Numbered from the stretch's first letter, positions 32,520 through 49,010 are shown. The stretch: DNA of 64,000 nt from the human T2T-CHM13v2.0 reference genome, Homo sapiens (GCF_009914755.1 NC_060939.1); one strand, 5' to 3'. Made by a program: numbers and translations. Notes: a model not told the origin generated them from the letters alone.

Positions 32520-32856
32520 GTATGTGTTCAGTATAAGACACCAAATATGTTCTTAAGAGTCCTTCCCTGAATCTTGTAATGGCTATTTGGCCAGATTGAT
32601 AGTAGTTTGAATTAGAAATGAGGAGGTTTAAGTATAATTCCTGTGTTGACACTCTTGCTTTGTAGTTTAGGTCAAGTCACTATTAAAAATGAAACCATAA
32701 TCTACTTGAACTTGCTGGAAATCTTGTTAAACGGTGCCTCAGATGTTAGTACTGTGCAAATATTTTAATAAAACATCTATATACAGGCCGGGCGCGGTGG
32801 CTCAAGCCTGTAATCCCAGCACTTTGGGAGGCCAAGGCGGGTGGATCACAAGGTCA

Positions 32857-33126
<270 letters not shown>

Positions 33127-33200
33127 TTAGGGTGGTAAGGAAGGGACCAGAATCTGACACAGGCTAGAAATAGGCTTCAGAGAATCCTTGTTTCCTGTAG

Positions 33201-33330
33201 GTATGCACTGCTTATTGTAGACAGTGCCACCGCCCTTTACAGAACAGACTACTCGGGTCGAGGTGAGCTTTCAGCCAGGCAGATGCACTTGGCCAGGTTT
33301 CTGCGGATGCTTCTGCGACTCGCTGATGAG
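33201..33330 (+). CDS. RAD51: RAD51 exon 8 with Walker B (LLIVD) and DNA-binding loop L1
   Basis: cctgtag|GTATGC ... GAG|gtaagt; 130 nt. Confidence 0.98.
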
Positions 33331-33548
33331 GTAAGTTGTGGGATAGGGACAGAGAATGCCTACTTTCAGTGGCTGTGAATTCCAGGAGCCTTGCTAGGAG
33401 GCTAAGACATCAGTGCCTGAGATCATCAAGCTCTTAGGAAGAAGAGAGACATTAGTTATTCGTTATTTTGTGGGGGAAAGTGGTGGCAGCATTAAGGCTT
33501 TTGGAGTGTCTATGGCCACAAAATTGACATTTATCCTTTCCCCATCAG

Positions 33549-33670
33549 TTTGGTGTAGCAGTGGTAATCACTAATCAGGTGGTAGCTCAAGTGGATGGAG
33601 CAGCGATGTTTGCTGCTGATCCCAAAAAACCTATTGGAGGAAATATCATCGCCCATGCATCAACAACCAG
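33549..33670 (+). CDS. RAD51: RAD51 exon 9 with loop L2 ([17 protein letters not shown]...AHASTTR)
   Basis: ccatcag|TTTGGT ... CAG|gtaagg; 122 nt. Confidence 0.98.
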
Positions 33671-34126
33671 GTAAGGTGTTGATGGGATCAGTTCTTCTTT
33701 TCGGAATGTCATATTAACTGTGAAGACATGAAGATATAACATTTTCATTTAAGCCCTGTTAAAGCTACTGTTGTATAGACACTTAGGAACTCTTGCTAAT
33801 CTAATTAACATGCTCTCGTTGGTATAGATGTTTTAGTTCATAAAAGAATTAAAAACCCACAAGTGTGGAAGAATGAATATGAGTAATTGATATGCCTCTC
33901 CCCTGTTATTTAAAAAATGTTTGGGCTGGGCACAGTGGCTCACACTGGTAATCCCAACACTTTGGGAGGCCAAGGTGATAGGATGGTTTGAGGCCAGGAA
34001 TTCGACACTAGTAAGGGCAACAAAGTGAGGCCTCTGTCTCTACAAAAAAAAGTAGCTGGTGTGGTGGCGTGTGCCTGTAGTCTTAGCTACCCAGGAGACT
34101 GAGGCAGGAGGATCAGTTGAGCATAG

Positions 34127-34453
<327 letters not shown>

Positions 34454-34648
34454 TGATCTGCCCAACTCAGCCTCCCAAAGTGCTGGGATTACAGGCGTGA
34501 GCCACCATGCCCGGCCTAAATTTTTCTTTTTTTAATGTTTGTTTCAATATGGACAATCCACTGAGAGGGGCCAGGGCAAAAATGGATTCTGCCAGGTTGG
34601 AAATGCACTAAGGAAAACAGTACAGAAACATTCCCAGGGTCCTTCTAG

Positions 34649-34873
<225 letters not shown>

Positions 34874-35482
34874 ATCATTGGGTTTTTCCTCTGTTAAAAA
34901 CCTTAAGTGCTGCAGCCTAATGAGAGTGCACTGCTCCCTGGGGTTCTCTACAGGCCTCTTCCTGTTGTGACTGCCAGGATAAAGCTTCCGGGAAAACAGC
35001 TATTATATCAGCTTTTCTGATGGTATAAACAGGAGACAGGTCAGTAGTCACAAACTGATCTAAAATGTTTATTCCTTCTGTAGTGTATTAATCTCTGTGT
35101 GTTTTCTTTGGTTTTGGAGGAGGGGTATGAAGTATCTTTGACATGGTGCCTTAGGAATGACTTGGGTTTAACAAGCTGTCTACTGGACAATCTTATGTTT
35201 CCAAGAGAACTAAAGCTGGAGAGACCTGACCCTTCTCTCACTTCTAAATTAATGGTAAAATAAAATGCCTCAGCTATGTAGCAAAGGGAATGGGTCTGCA
35301 CAGATTCTTTTTTTCTGTCAGTAAAACTCTCAAGCAGGTTTTTAAGTTGTCTGTCTGAATGATCTTGTGTAAGGTTTTGGTTATGGAGTCTTGTGCCAAA
35401 CCTACTAGGCCATTAGCCCTTCACCATCTACCTGCTTGGTCTTTCATTGCTAAGACTAACTCAAGATAATCCTAGAGTCTTA

Positions 35483-35791
<309 letters not shown>

Positions 35792-35829
35792 TCAGAGGGT
35801 AGGTAAACAGATTTGATTGTGAGGCTTCT

Positions 35830-35835
35830 AATAAA
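35830..35835 (+). terminator. RAD51: RAD51 polyadenylation signal AATAAA
   Basis: AATAAA just after the 3'UTR Alu, followed by GU-rich sequence. A more proximal AATAAA is at 35259-35264. Confidence 0.75.
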
Positions 35836-36085
35836 GTAGTTATTAGTAGTGAATGTGCTGTTTATAGCAATTATTGCAGTGCAAGCTATTTCAAGACAGG
35901 GTTTCCATAATCTTTTTGGCACTGTATAGGGGTGATCAGTTTCTGTTGCTTCAAGATTTGAAACCAGAAAGGAAAGTCCCACTTGGAGATGATTGTGCTT
36001 AAAAGCTAATGGAAAAATAAAAGAAAGACATACCATGGGTTGCCTTGTGGCCCCCCTTTCCTTTTTTTTTTTTTTTTGTTTTTGA

Positions 36086-36403
<318 letters not shown>

Positions 36404-36748
36404 TGAGACCGTCTCTCACTCTGTTGCCCAGGCTGGAGTGCAGTAGCACAACTCACTACAACCTTCACCTCCCAGGTTCAAGCAATTCTCCTGCCTCAGA
36501 CTCCCGAGTAGCTGGGATTACAGGCACGTGCCACCACGCCTGACAAATTTTTTTATTTTCGGTAGAGAAGTTTTTCACTATTTTGACCAGGCTGATCTTG
36601 AACTCCTGACCTCAGGTAATCCGCCCACCTCGGCCTCCCAAAGTTCTGGGATCACAGGTGTGAGTACTTTGGGAGGTCGAGGTGGGTGGATCACCTGAGG
36701 TCAGGAATTCGAGACCAGCCTCAACATGGAGAAACCCCGTCTTTACTA

Positions 36749-37012
<264 letters not shown>

Positions 37013-37942
37013 TCAGGAGTTTGAGGTCAGCCTGGGCAACATGGTGAAACCCTGTACAAAAAATTTAGAAATTAAAAAATTATTTGGGCATGGTGGGACG
37101 CACTTGTAGTCCCTAGCTACTCCGGTGGCTGAGGTGGGAGGATCCCTTGAGGCCGGGAGGTAGCAGCTGCAGTGAGCCCTGATCACACCACTGCACTGCA
37201 GCATGGGTGAGAAAGCAAGGCCCTGTCTCAAAAAAAATCAGATTGAAAAGTAGCATTGTCAATGTCCCTGGAAGCCAGATGCCAAATGGAGTTTATGGGA
37301 CTCTTTTTTTCCCCTTTACCTCTTTTCACTAGTTAGGACTTCCAATCCAGATCTTACCCAAAGTGCTCAGTGACCCACCCAAAACGTTTTCCTGTTTGTT
37401 ACATTAGTTTATTGTATATTTAAGGTATACAACATGATGTTATGAGATATTAATACATATAAGGAGGCCAGGCATGGTGGCTCATGCCTATAATCCCAGC
37501 ACTTTGGGGGGCCAAGGTGGGCGGATCACCTGAGGTCAGGAGTTTGAGAACAGCATGGCCAACATGGCGAAACCCCATCTCTACTAAAAATACAAAACTG
37601 GCCAGGCGTGGTGGCTCACGCCTGTAATCCCAGCACTTTGGGAGGCCGAGGCGGGCAGATCACCTGAGGTCAGGAGTTTGAGACCAGCCTGACCAACATG
37701 TAGAAACCCCATCTCTACTAAAATTACAAAGTTAGCCGGGCGTGGTTGCACATGCCTGTAATCCCAGTTACTCAGGAGGTTGAGGCAGGAGAATTGCCTG
37801 AACCCCGGGGGTGGAGGTTGCAGTGAGCCGAGATTGTGCCATTGCACTCCAGCCTGGGCGACAGGAGCGAAAGAAACTTTGTCTCAAAAAATATGTATAT
37901 ACAAAACTTAGCTGTGTGTGGTGGCACACACCTGTAATCCTA

Positions 37943-38053
<111 letters not shown>

Positions 38054-38079
38054 TCAAAAAAAAAAACAAAACATTATAA

Positions 38080-38585
38080 TTAAATGGTCTTAAGTGTCCT
38101 ATGACACTGATTTCCTTGCCAGGAAGAACAGTTTTCAGCCTGGTCTGGCTCAGGTACCTTTTCCTCTGAATGCTCGTGTTATTGGTGGCTGGGCCAAGCC
38201 CTGTTTGTTTTCTGTACAGAATAGTCTGTTCCTAAAGATTAAAAAAAAACCTTTAAAACCTCTTATTCACACCTTAATCTTTTGGTGACAGGTCTCACAT
38301 GAGCTGGCTAGGAAAAAAAAAAAAAAAAACCGCTACAGCCTTGCTTGAAATTTCCTCTCAGTGCCACTGTGCAGGATGCCATCCAGAGCTTCCTTAAAGG
38401 TATTCGGGGATATGAGGGATGTGGGTGACAGAAATACCAGGGTAACCTTGTTTTTCCTTGAGGACATTATTGAGACCCTTGGTGGGAGGGGTTTCTGGTA
38501 AGGGGCAATTTTGTGTTTGCCTGTTCTTTGGGAATATCACCTGGAGATAGATGGATTCCCAGACCCACCAAATCTAGGTTTTAGA
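38080..38585 (+). pseudogene. Inverted, diverged duplicate of RMDN3 intron 9-exon 10-intron 10 (pseudo-exon 38292-38399)
   Basis: Collinear with the reverse complement of ~41110-41633, e.g. gatttccttgccaggaagaaca, tgaatgctcgt, tttaaaacctcttat, gctacagccttgcttgaaa, cctctcagtgccactgtg, ccagggtaaccttgttttt, ggacattattgagaccctt, ggggcaattttgtgtttgcctgttct. Confidence 0.92.
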
Positions 38586-38609
38586 CCAAAAAAGAATGTT
38601 TTATTATTA

Positions 38610-38999
<390 letters not shown>

Positions 39000-39596
39000 T
39001 TAAGGGGTTGGTTCTTATATGAAAGCATCTCAATCTTTTTTTTGAGACAGAGGTTTGCTCTTGTTGCCCAGGCTAGAGCGCAAGGGTGTGATCTCAGCTC
39101 ACTGCAACCCCTGCCTCCCAGGCTCAAGTGATTCTCTTGCTGTAGCCTCTCTAGTAGCTGAGATTACAGGCGTGCGCCACCATACCGAGCTAATTTTTTC
39201 TGTCTGTATTTTTAGTAGAGATGGGGGTTTCACCATGTTGGCCAGGCTGGTCTCAAACCCTTGGCCTCAAGTGATCCACCCGCCTCGGCCTCCCAGAGTG
39301 CTAGGATTACAAGCAACAAGCATGAGCTACCACGCTCGGCCTATGCATCTCAGTCTTAAATTTTCTTCTAGGTGGATTTAGGGGTTTGTGCTCGTGGCCC
39401 TAAAAATGAACATGAGAAAGGCAGGGAGTACCTGCTTAGTTGCAATAGGCCTTGTTTAGGCTAAAAATAAGCTCGATACCTGTATTTTATATACTGTAAA
39501 GAGCATTAACCATAACCTGCCTGCAACAGCCTCTGTAGGTAGAAACAATTATGGAGGTGTCAAGTAAGAATAAAGAGCTGATAACATCAAATTTGG

Positions 39597-39602
39597 TTTA
39601 TT
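39597..39602 (-). terminator. RMDN3: RMDN3 polyadenylation signal AATAAA
   Basis: TTTATT on + strand, ~640 nt downstream of the stop, followed on the - strand by U/GU-rich sequence. Confidence 0.75.
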
Positions 39603-40235
39603 TCAAGTTTGTAACAAAATATATTCTAGGCAACTTTTCAGACATTGTTTTATAGCATCATAAACCCCATACCACTGCTGTCATTCCAAAAGCTGCCAGG
39701 ACACTGGAAGTTATCAAGTGGTCCAGCCCAGGAATACAGGTAGAATTCACATGATAGGTGATAAGAAAGCAATGTCTGTGGGCCACTCTGATCCCTCTTT
39801 TTACCTTGGTAGGTAAGGTATGATCTTAAGACTATATGTACTGAGTCCTATTAGTCAGTGAAAAAGATTAAAGTGACAAGTTATGTGCTTTGTTCCTATA
39901 GCTTTGAAGTTCATCCACCTCACCAGCAATTGGAAGGTCTCAGGTCTTGCAGGCTCTACCCATGTGTAATCCTGGGGCAGGTGTGAATCTTGATTTTTTT
40001 AAGAGATTACTCAAGGGAGAGAACAACAGAAACGGAAGCCATGAGTACTGCCCCAATTCTAGATTAGGTTAGAGGTTAGAATAAATTAACTAATGGGGAG
40101 TGGTAGTGGGTAGCAGTCAGACCCAGGAGACAGATTTGTGTGGTTTCCTGATCTCAGCAAGGTCTAAGGAAAAAAGCCTCCCCGCCCCCCCACCTTAAAT
40201 AGTGGCATCAAGTCATGAAGGCCAGTGAAACGTGG

Positions 40236-40289
40236 TTAGTCTCGTAAAATGACTTCCAGTTCTTCCAGGTCCTTCTGGATAGCCAAATC
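40236..40289 (-). CDS. RMDN3: RMDN3 exon 13 coding part (DLAIQKDLEELEVILRD*)
   Basis: tccctag|GAT; TAA at 40238-40236. Confidence 0.96.
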   Translation of the reverse strand, partial: DLAIQKDLEELEVILRD

Positions 40290-40539
40290 CTAGGGAGACA
40301 AAGAACAAATCTAGGGCTCAAAATTTAAACCAGCATTTTCCCAAACCAGTGGAACCTAAGAAGAGGGGCCCTTTGCTTCCTTCCTGAGCTCTGCTACAGT
40401 CTTTTTCCTACTTCCCCAGGATAGCCTGGAGCCTATTAAATCTGTCTCTTCCCCTAGAGGTAGACTCTTTTTTACTAGGGAAATAAGACCTCTAGGAAAG
40501 ATTATTTTCTAAAAATGTCACATGATGATTCAGTGATGA

Positions 40540-40899
<360 letters not shown>

Positions 40900-40982
40900 C
40901 TGAAAAGAGACAACAGTGAAACCTGATACTGTGTACTTTCAGGAGTTCCCAGATCTATGTTGAAGTAGACAAATGAGTTTAC

Positions 40983-41036
40983 CTTGGAAATATATACCCT
41001 TCCTGCTTTGGAAAATCCTGGCTGTAGTTCTTCAGC
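40983..41036 (-). CDS. RMDN3: RMDN3 exon 11 (AEELQPGFSKAGRVYISK)
   Basis: ttcccag|GCT ... AAG|gtaaac; 54 nt. Confidence 0.96.
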
Positions 41037-41322
41037 CTGGGAAAAGGGACAAAGATATTTCAGTAAGAGGTTCCTATATTCTAATCAGGCTGAAGTTTAT
41101 TAAACTAGATTTCTAGTCCCCAACCATGTGGCTGATTCAGTGGGTCTGAAGAAACCTATATTTTTGATAAGCTGTGCAAGTGATTCTGGTTTTCCCATAG
41201 AACAGGCAAACACAAAATTGCCCCCGACTAGGAAAACCCCTCCCATTAAGGGTCTCAATAATGTCCTTAGGAAAAAACAAGGTTACCCTGGTGTTTTTGC
41301 CTGCCACCTGCCCCTCTCATAC

Positions 41323-41421
41323 CTTTAGGAAGCTCTGGAGGGCATCTTCCACAGTGGCACTGAGAGGGCTTTCAAGCAAGGCTGTAGCAGTTTTTTTTTC
41401 TAGCCAGCTCAGGTGAGAGAC
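41323..41421 (-). CDS. RMDN3: RMDN3 exon 10 ([33 protein letters not shown])
   Basis: gtggcag|GTCTCT ... AAG|gtatga; 99 nt. Confidence 0.96.
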
Positions 41422-41659
41422 CTGCCACAAAAAGATCAAGGTGTGTATAAGAGGTTTTAAAAGGTTTTTTTTCTTTAAATCTTTGGGGATATATTGAAAA
41501 TAGGGTCAAACGGGGCTGGGTCGAACCACCAATAATACGAGCATTCAGAAGAAAGGGCACCTGAGCCAGAGAAGGCTGAGGATCTTGTTCTTCCTGGCAA
41601 GGAAATCGGTGTCAGAAGGCATTTAGGACCATTATGTCAAGCACTGAAACGCAGCTTAC

Positions 41660-41737
41660 CTGATAGCACCACCTGCCAAGAAGAAAGTGAGCCATGGGGT
41701 TTTCTGGCTGGAGAGCAATGGCTTTGTCCACATGCTC
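41660..41737 (-). CDS. RMDN3: RMDN3 exon 9 ([26 protein letters not shown])
   Basis: ccttag|GAGCAT ... CAG|gtaagc; 78 nt. Confidence 0.96.
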
Positions 41738-41786
41738 CTAAGGGGAAAATGTAAATATAAACTAACATCAGACACCAGAGTTGCTA

Positions 41787-42271
<485 letters not shown>

Positions 42272-42522
42272 CTAGGGGGGAAGCAGCAAGCTCAGGGACA
42301 AGGGCTGAGTACCATCACTGCAAGGAATGGATGCCCCAACCACAGCCTAGTTGCATTGTCCCCTATCCCTGTACCCTCAACTAGAGCTGAAAATACCTAA
42401 TTTTCATCTGTACGTAATCCCCATTCTTTACGGACCTCTGGCCCCAATTAGTATTCTTTAGTAGATAATGGTAGGCTTACAAGTCTCCAAAGTATTCTAG
42501 GTATAAAAAAAGCTGGGTTCAC

Positions 42523-42558
42523 CACAGTAAATCTCTCTTACACAGTAAATCTCTCCTA
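42523..42558. repeat. 18-bp tandem duplication (cacagtaaatctctcyta)x2
   Basis: Read directly; one mismatch. Confidence 0.9.
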
Positions 42559-43827
42559 CACTCATAAGGAGTACAGCCACAGGCATTAATAAAAACTTGA
42601 AAAGCATGAAAACAATCAGCATAAAAGTATGAGACCTGACTATACTACTTATCTTCTGGGCAGACAAAAAAGTGGGTCTCATTAGCCTTTAAGCATACAG
42701 GTGTATCACTGGGACTTGGGAAGCAATTTCTTAGGATAGTCACATTGGGAGGGGATATTCTAGGAATTTCTGATGTTACTTGGAAACCAACAGAACCAGA
42801 GGAAGAAAGACCTCCTATATATGCCTTCTCCCCCACATCCCCCCTCCCAAAGGGAACCAGCCAGCCAGCTTCCCATCATCTGTCTTCAGAAACAAAGTCT
42901 TACTTCCCCATCCCCCCAGCATTGTTCCTAGCAGCACAGTTGACATTCGATGAGTAACCAGCCCAAGTTGCTTTTTCATGTATATGCTAAGTATCCGGGG
43001 GGTATCAGATACTTCTAGAGGCTCATTTCCATGTTTAATCCAAACAGCTGTTCCTCAGGAATAGCTGTTCATCCTTGGAAGCCCAGGGAAGCAGTGACAC
43101 CCAAGAAACAGTTACCTGGCCTCTGAGAAGAACCCTTGCAGAGACAAAAGTTTCAGCAACAGATGGAGAAACACAGCCTCTCACTTAGCTCACAGTCTGA
43201 GGGTGGAGACATGGAAAGCAAGGGTGGCGGTGGGAAAGGAAAGGAACATTTTCACTAAAACTCAGGTGCTGGAACCAGACCCCAGGATATGAGTTAGCCG
43301 TGGCCCAGGTAAGCTGACAGAACTTTGCCTCACATGAGACCACAAAAAGGGCTGATGTTTTTGCAGCCTAATAAATTGACCACTAAACTTCTGGGGGGTG
43401 AGCTCACATCTACTTTTCCTCACATGAACCAAGCAAAGAAGCCAAAGTACCAGCAGCCAGGGATCACACGCAGGGGAAAGAAGAGCTTATGCAGGATAGG
43501 GGAGCTGCAGATTGTCCCAGCCTCCTGAGAGCCAAGAACTCCAGTTTTGTAGCTAGGATGACTCTTAACAAAGCTACTCATTTCTCCAAGCCCCATCAGA
43601 AAAAAAGCTTGTATTCCCCGCTTGCCTCATCCCTAAGCCACCTCCCCTACCAGAAACTTCCCTTGTCTCTGGCTAGGGGTAGACTGAGGCATGTGGAGAT
43701 ACAAGCCAGAACTCCCTCTCCTGGATCCTTTGGAAAATGCCTCTGTGGCCCAGGCAGAGAAAAGAAAGGGCTGTCCTCTGCTTTGGCCCTTGCTGGCTCT
43801 TCCCAGAACACTGCAGGGTGTTATTAC

Positions 43828-43888
43828 CACAGGTGACAGTCAGCACTCTCATCCCCCTTCTCCAGAGCAGCCTCTGCTTCTTCTTTTC
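43828..43888 (-). CDS. RMDN3: RMDN3 exon 7 ([20 protein letters not shown])
   Basis: cctacag|GAAAA ... GTG|gtaata; 61 nt. Confidence 0.95.
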
Positions 43889-44058
43889 CTGTAGGACGAA
43901 GGTAGATCCAGAGTTGACATAGCTCTTATGCACACTTTCATAGGAAGGCTTGTGGGAAGAATGACTGCTTTAGCTCTCACCAATCCCTACCCAGCTTGGA
44001 CTTGTTTGGAAATAGTTGTGAACTTGAGCAGAATGAAAGGCCGCAAAGAAGCCAGTCA

Positions 44059-44313
<255 letters not shown>

Positions 44314-44633
44314 CTAGGTGACAGAGCAAGACTGTCTCAGAAAAGGCTGCAAACGGCTTCTAAGGGAAGACTTCAGGGATGACTTCTGCTTCACCTTGGC
44401 TTCCCCATCTGTCATTAGAAACCCCAGTTACCTTCTTTTTATAATGCCCACCTGATGTGCTTGAAGCAGATTTTAGCATTTAAAATATAAAAGGATCCAG
44501 CCAGGCACGATGGCTTATGCCTGTAATCCTAGCACTTTGGAAGGCCGAGGTGGGTGGATCACTTGAGGCCAAGTGTTTGAGACAAGCCTGAGCAACATGG
44601 TGAAACCCTGCCTCTACTAAAAATATAAAATTA

Positions 44634-44855
<222 letters not shown>

Positions 44856-45312
44856 TCAAGTTGTATAAAATTTAAGTAAGTGGGGAGAGAGATCACAGCT
44901 TTGAAAAAATTCCCTAAAGGGGATGGGTACATTGGCTCACACCTGTAATCCTAGAACTTTGAGAGGCCAAGGAGAGGATAGCTTGGGACCAAGAGTTCAA
45001 GACCAATCTGGGCAACATAGGCAGACCCCATCTCTTTAAAAAAAAAAATTCTCAAAAGGATCCACGATCCAACAATATTAATTAGCTCTAGGCCAAAACT
45101 CTTTCACAAGAGCCACATGGACTGAGGTCTGACCAGAGATGACGTTCACTTAGTCTTACCCGAGTTTTCTAGGTTAGTGTTCTAACAAAGAAATGAAAGC
45201 CCATAAACATGAAAGTTCTGACAAGCGTCACTTAAGAGTATCGAGGCTGGAGCTTACGGACCACCAGATAAGGACCATCATGCCTATGCACTGGAGAAGA
45301 CACTGCAACATA

Positions 45313-45344
<32 letters not shown>

Positions 45345-46928
45345 GAGACAAGAGTCTCACTCTGTCGTCCAGGCTGGAGTGCAATAGCACGATCTAGGCT
45401 CACCGCAACCTCCGCCTCCAGGTTCAAGTGATTCTCCTGCGTCAGCCTCCCGAGTAGCTGGGATTACAGGTGTGTGCCACCACACCTGGCTAATTTTTGT
45501 ATTTTTAGTAGAGACAGTTTTGCCTTGTTGGCCAGGCTGGTCTCAAACTCCTGACCTCAGGTGATGCGCCCACCTCAGCCTCCCAAAGTGCTGTGATTAC
45601 AGGTGCGAACCACCGTGCCCAGCCAAGAATTCTTTGAAGAAAACAAGTTTGGAAGGGAACATGGAGAAAATGGAACAAATGTAATGCATTGAGGTGGTAA
45701 ACTGGCTAATCTGAAATGTTTTCCTTTTTTTATTTGAGACAGGGTCTCTCTCTGTTGCCCAGGCTGGAGTGCAGTGGTGCAATCTCAGTTCACTACAACC
45801 TCTGCCTCCTGGGCTGAAACAATCCTCCTGCTGGCATGTTCCACCACCATGCCTGGCTAATTTTTTAAGTTTTTTTTTTTTTTTTTGTAGAGACAAGGTC
45901 TCACTATATTGCCCAGGCTAGTCTCTAACTCCTGGGCTCAAGCAATCCTCCTGCCTTGGCCTCCCAAAGTGCTAGGATTATAGGCATGAGCCACCACACC
46001 TGGCCACAAATGCATTCTTAAGACAACTGATGCTGTGAAAGACTCTACCTCTCTTCCCAAAGAGAGGGACCACATGGCCCCACCAATGAGGGACGCTGCC
46101 TCTTTGGGGATTTCTCTCTGCCCTCTTCAAAGTACTGTCTCACTAGGAAAATAATAGCAAAGAATGAGACAACTAGTTCCTGCCAAGCTAGACAGACAGT
46201 GTTGTAGACAAGACATTGCCTGAGACCCCACAGAATGACTGCCTCCTGGTGGTCCAGCTCCTAGAGATACAATGAAATAAACTTTATACCCAGTAAGGAT
46301 AATTCTTAAAGGCTGTGATCTCAGAGCAGAACCTTCAAAGACATTCCATAGTCATCTGACCTCCAGCAGGTAAAGCTTTGTCCATGGGTGCTAAGCTCAG
46401 GAGGCCAGACCAACCAAGTGCTGCCCTGCTAACCACTGCCTCCACTTCTGTCTTTGGGGTTCATGCTGGCTACTAGCACTAATAAGAGATGACCAATGAT
46501 CAAGAGGGAAAGGAAAGGTTGTTGACATGAAGAGTCCAAAAATCAGCCCAAAAGCTGAGAATCCTCATCTGAAATTTAGGAGGGAAAACAAACTTTTGGA
46601 GAGAAAAAGTAATCATAAATAAGCATCTTTTGTTAAAACTTCCAGGAATTTTTCTGAGGGTCTACAGAGACATCCTACTCAATTGGTCTGTTCTTTCTCC
46701 ATTGACAGAATTCTACAAATGTTTAGAATGTTAACTTTGAGGTACTGTTTGAGTATACATTATCAAGGATTCAATAATATTTGTAAGGCTGTACTTACAA
46801 TAGAAAGGTAGACAAATCCATTTTAGACAGTTAACTGGCCAGGCACAGTGGTTTATGCCTGTTATCCCAGCACTTTGGGAGGCCTAGGTGGGTGAATCAG
46901 TTGAGGCCAGGAGTTCAAGACCAGCCTA

Positions 46929-47153
<225 letters not shown>

Positions 47154-47743
47154 CTAGAAACCCATTACCCATTGATGGTACCTGACTCAGTGTGTGGAGT
47201 TCAGCAGGACACATCAGTCTCTAAAGTCCAAGCATTCTCTGACCTCATGACAGATAAGGCCAAGCCCTGAGCCTGGCACAGGTCAGATGCACCCTATCCT
47301 CCAGGGTGGAGCCTTTGCCAACAGACTTGCCAAGTGGATTCCAGAGTCTTCTAAGCTAGCTATATTCTTAGAACACCTGCCCCACCAGCTCAGAAAACTG
47401 AAACCAGATTTCTAAGCAGCAGCAAAAAACCTCAGGTTAAGAAAAAAGGTTTTGCCCTCTGTGGCTAGAGTGAGAAAAACGAATAACATTGATAGGATAC
47501 AACTACTCCTAGAAACACATGCACGTGTGTTACTAATCAGCATGATATACAGATAAGCAAAGACTGCTCTCTTCTTCCAGAGGAGAAAGCAAGGGTCTTT
47601 GGGAGCCAGAGTTTGTCCCTAGTGGGTAACTGAGCCACAACTGCTGACAGCATCTTGGTGGTTCCCCGGGTCCCCAGGCAGATGGGCCAGCCCCACCCCT
47701 GAATCAGTCAGTCACCTTCCCACAGGAAGCTGTCAGCACTTAC

Positions 47744-47846
47744 CATCTAGGGCATATGACTTCTTCTCGCTCACCTCCTCAGTGAGCTCACACATGTCAC
47801 TGTAGGCTCGGGCCAGGCGCCAGAGAAAGTCCTGCCGGCTTCCATA
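47744..47846 (-). CDS. RMDN3: RMDN3 exon 6 ([19 protein letters not shown]...)
   Basis: ctgcag|TATGG ... ATG|gtaagt; 103 nt. Confidence 0.96.
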
Positions 47847-48673
47847 CTGCAGACCAGACAGAAACGGGTGAGGCCCCTTTTTCCTCAACTGTGGAGAATG
47901 GGGGCCTTGGCCTTCCCCCACACCCTAGGTTTGAATTTCCAAGCTAGTATGTTACAGTCATCAATATCAGGCCAGCTCCTACACGCAGCCTTCCCCCCAG
48001 TCATCCCTTCCCACGTGCAGTTAATGTATGACACATTCTCTGTCTAGCCAGTAGCTTGCACAATTACGGGGTGAGGGCATTCTGACCTCCTAGAACTGCT
48101 GGGAGGAAAGGTCAACTCCAAGATGTCATAAGGCACGAGAGGTCTTTTGCTGACACATGAAGAAAGTGTGAAAGGAAAAGGGAAACTTCTAACTTCTGGG
48201 GGGGGGGCATTTATACCTGGGTGGGCATATATTCTGTCAGTGAACCTGACAAGAGAATTATGGTTGAGTGACCTACACAGTTGTCGCTTGTAATGGGGCT
48301 GGCAGCTTGGACTCTGCCTCAAGGGAAATGAGGAGAAAAAAAAAATACAGTTCTTTCCACATTTCCCCCTAGAGGTGAGAGGTAGAGCTCTTTCTGCAGT
48401 AGCTCTACAGAAAGCAGAGAACTACACTCCCCCTCCCAAGAGGGGAGGCAGCTCTGGGGCAAGCAGTACACTGGCCCTAGGATCCACGCTGGGCCTCCTT
48501 GGAAGAGGATATGTGACCTGGGGGACAGATGCAAAACCAGCTGTCTCACCATTTCTCGTCCCATGTCACCTTGTAGGGGCAGTAACCACACGGGCCTTCA
48601 TTCCCCAGGGGTCAGGAACAGAGAGATGGAGGGAGGGAGGGAAGGAGAAGGAGACAGGCAGCTGGAGCCTCAC

Positions 48674-48956
48674 CACCAGCTTGTTGTTGAGCAGCAGCTG
48701 GAAGCCCTCCCGCTTGCCTTGCTCATCACCCCTGTGCAGCTCGTCGGCCTGCTGCAGGAGGGGCAGCACATCCTCCAAGCCTGAGGAACCTCCAGCCTCC
48801 AGGGCACTGGAGGCACCTGAAGCTGCCTCTTCCTCCAAGTCAAGAGAATCCTTTCTCCCCATCTTCACAGTCTCACAGCTCACTTCATCTTCCCCGTCCT
48901 CACTTTCTTTGTCAGAGTCCCGCTCATTGTCAGACTCCGCATTGGCTGTTGTGTAA
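48674..48956 (-). CDS. RMDN3: RMDN3 exon 5 (acidic region, start of TPR domain)
   Basis: tgccag|TTACA ... GTG|gtgagg; 283 nt. Confidence 0.96.
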
Positions 48957-49010
48957 CTGGCAGAGAAATGTAAGGGACAACAAGAGGATTATTCAGCTCA
49001 GAGCCCCTAG

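Noticed and set aside
42523-42558. Short direct repeats as a possible CRISPR-like array
   Set aside because: Two adjacent copies, no spacers, eukaryotic context.
48375-48956. 193-aa + strand ORF
   Set aside because: Antisense shadow of RMDN3 exon 5 with a non-ATG start and no independent support.
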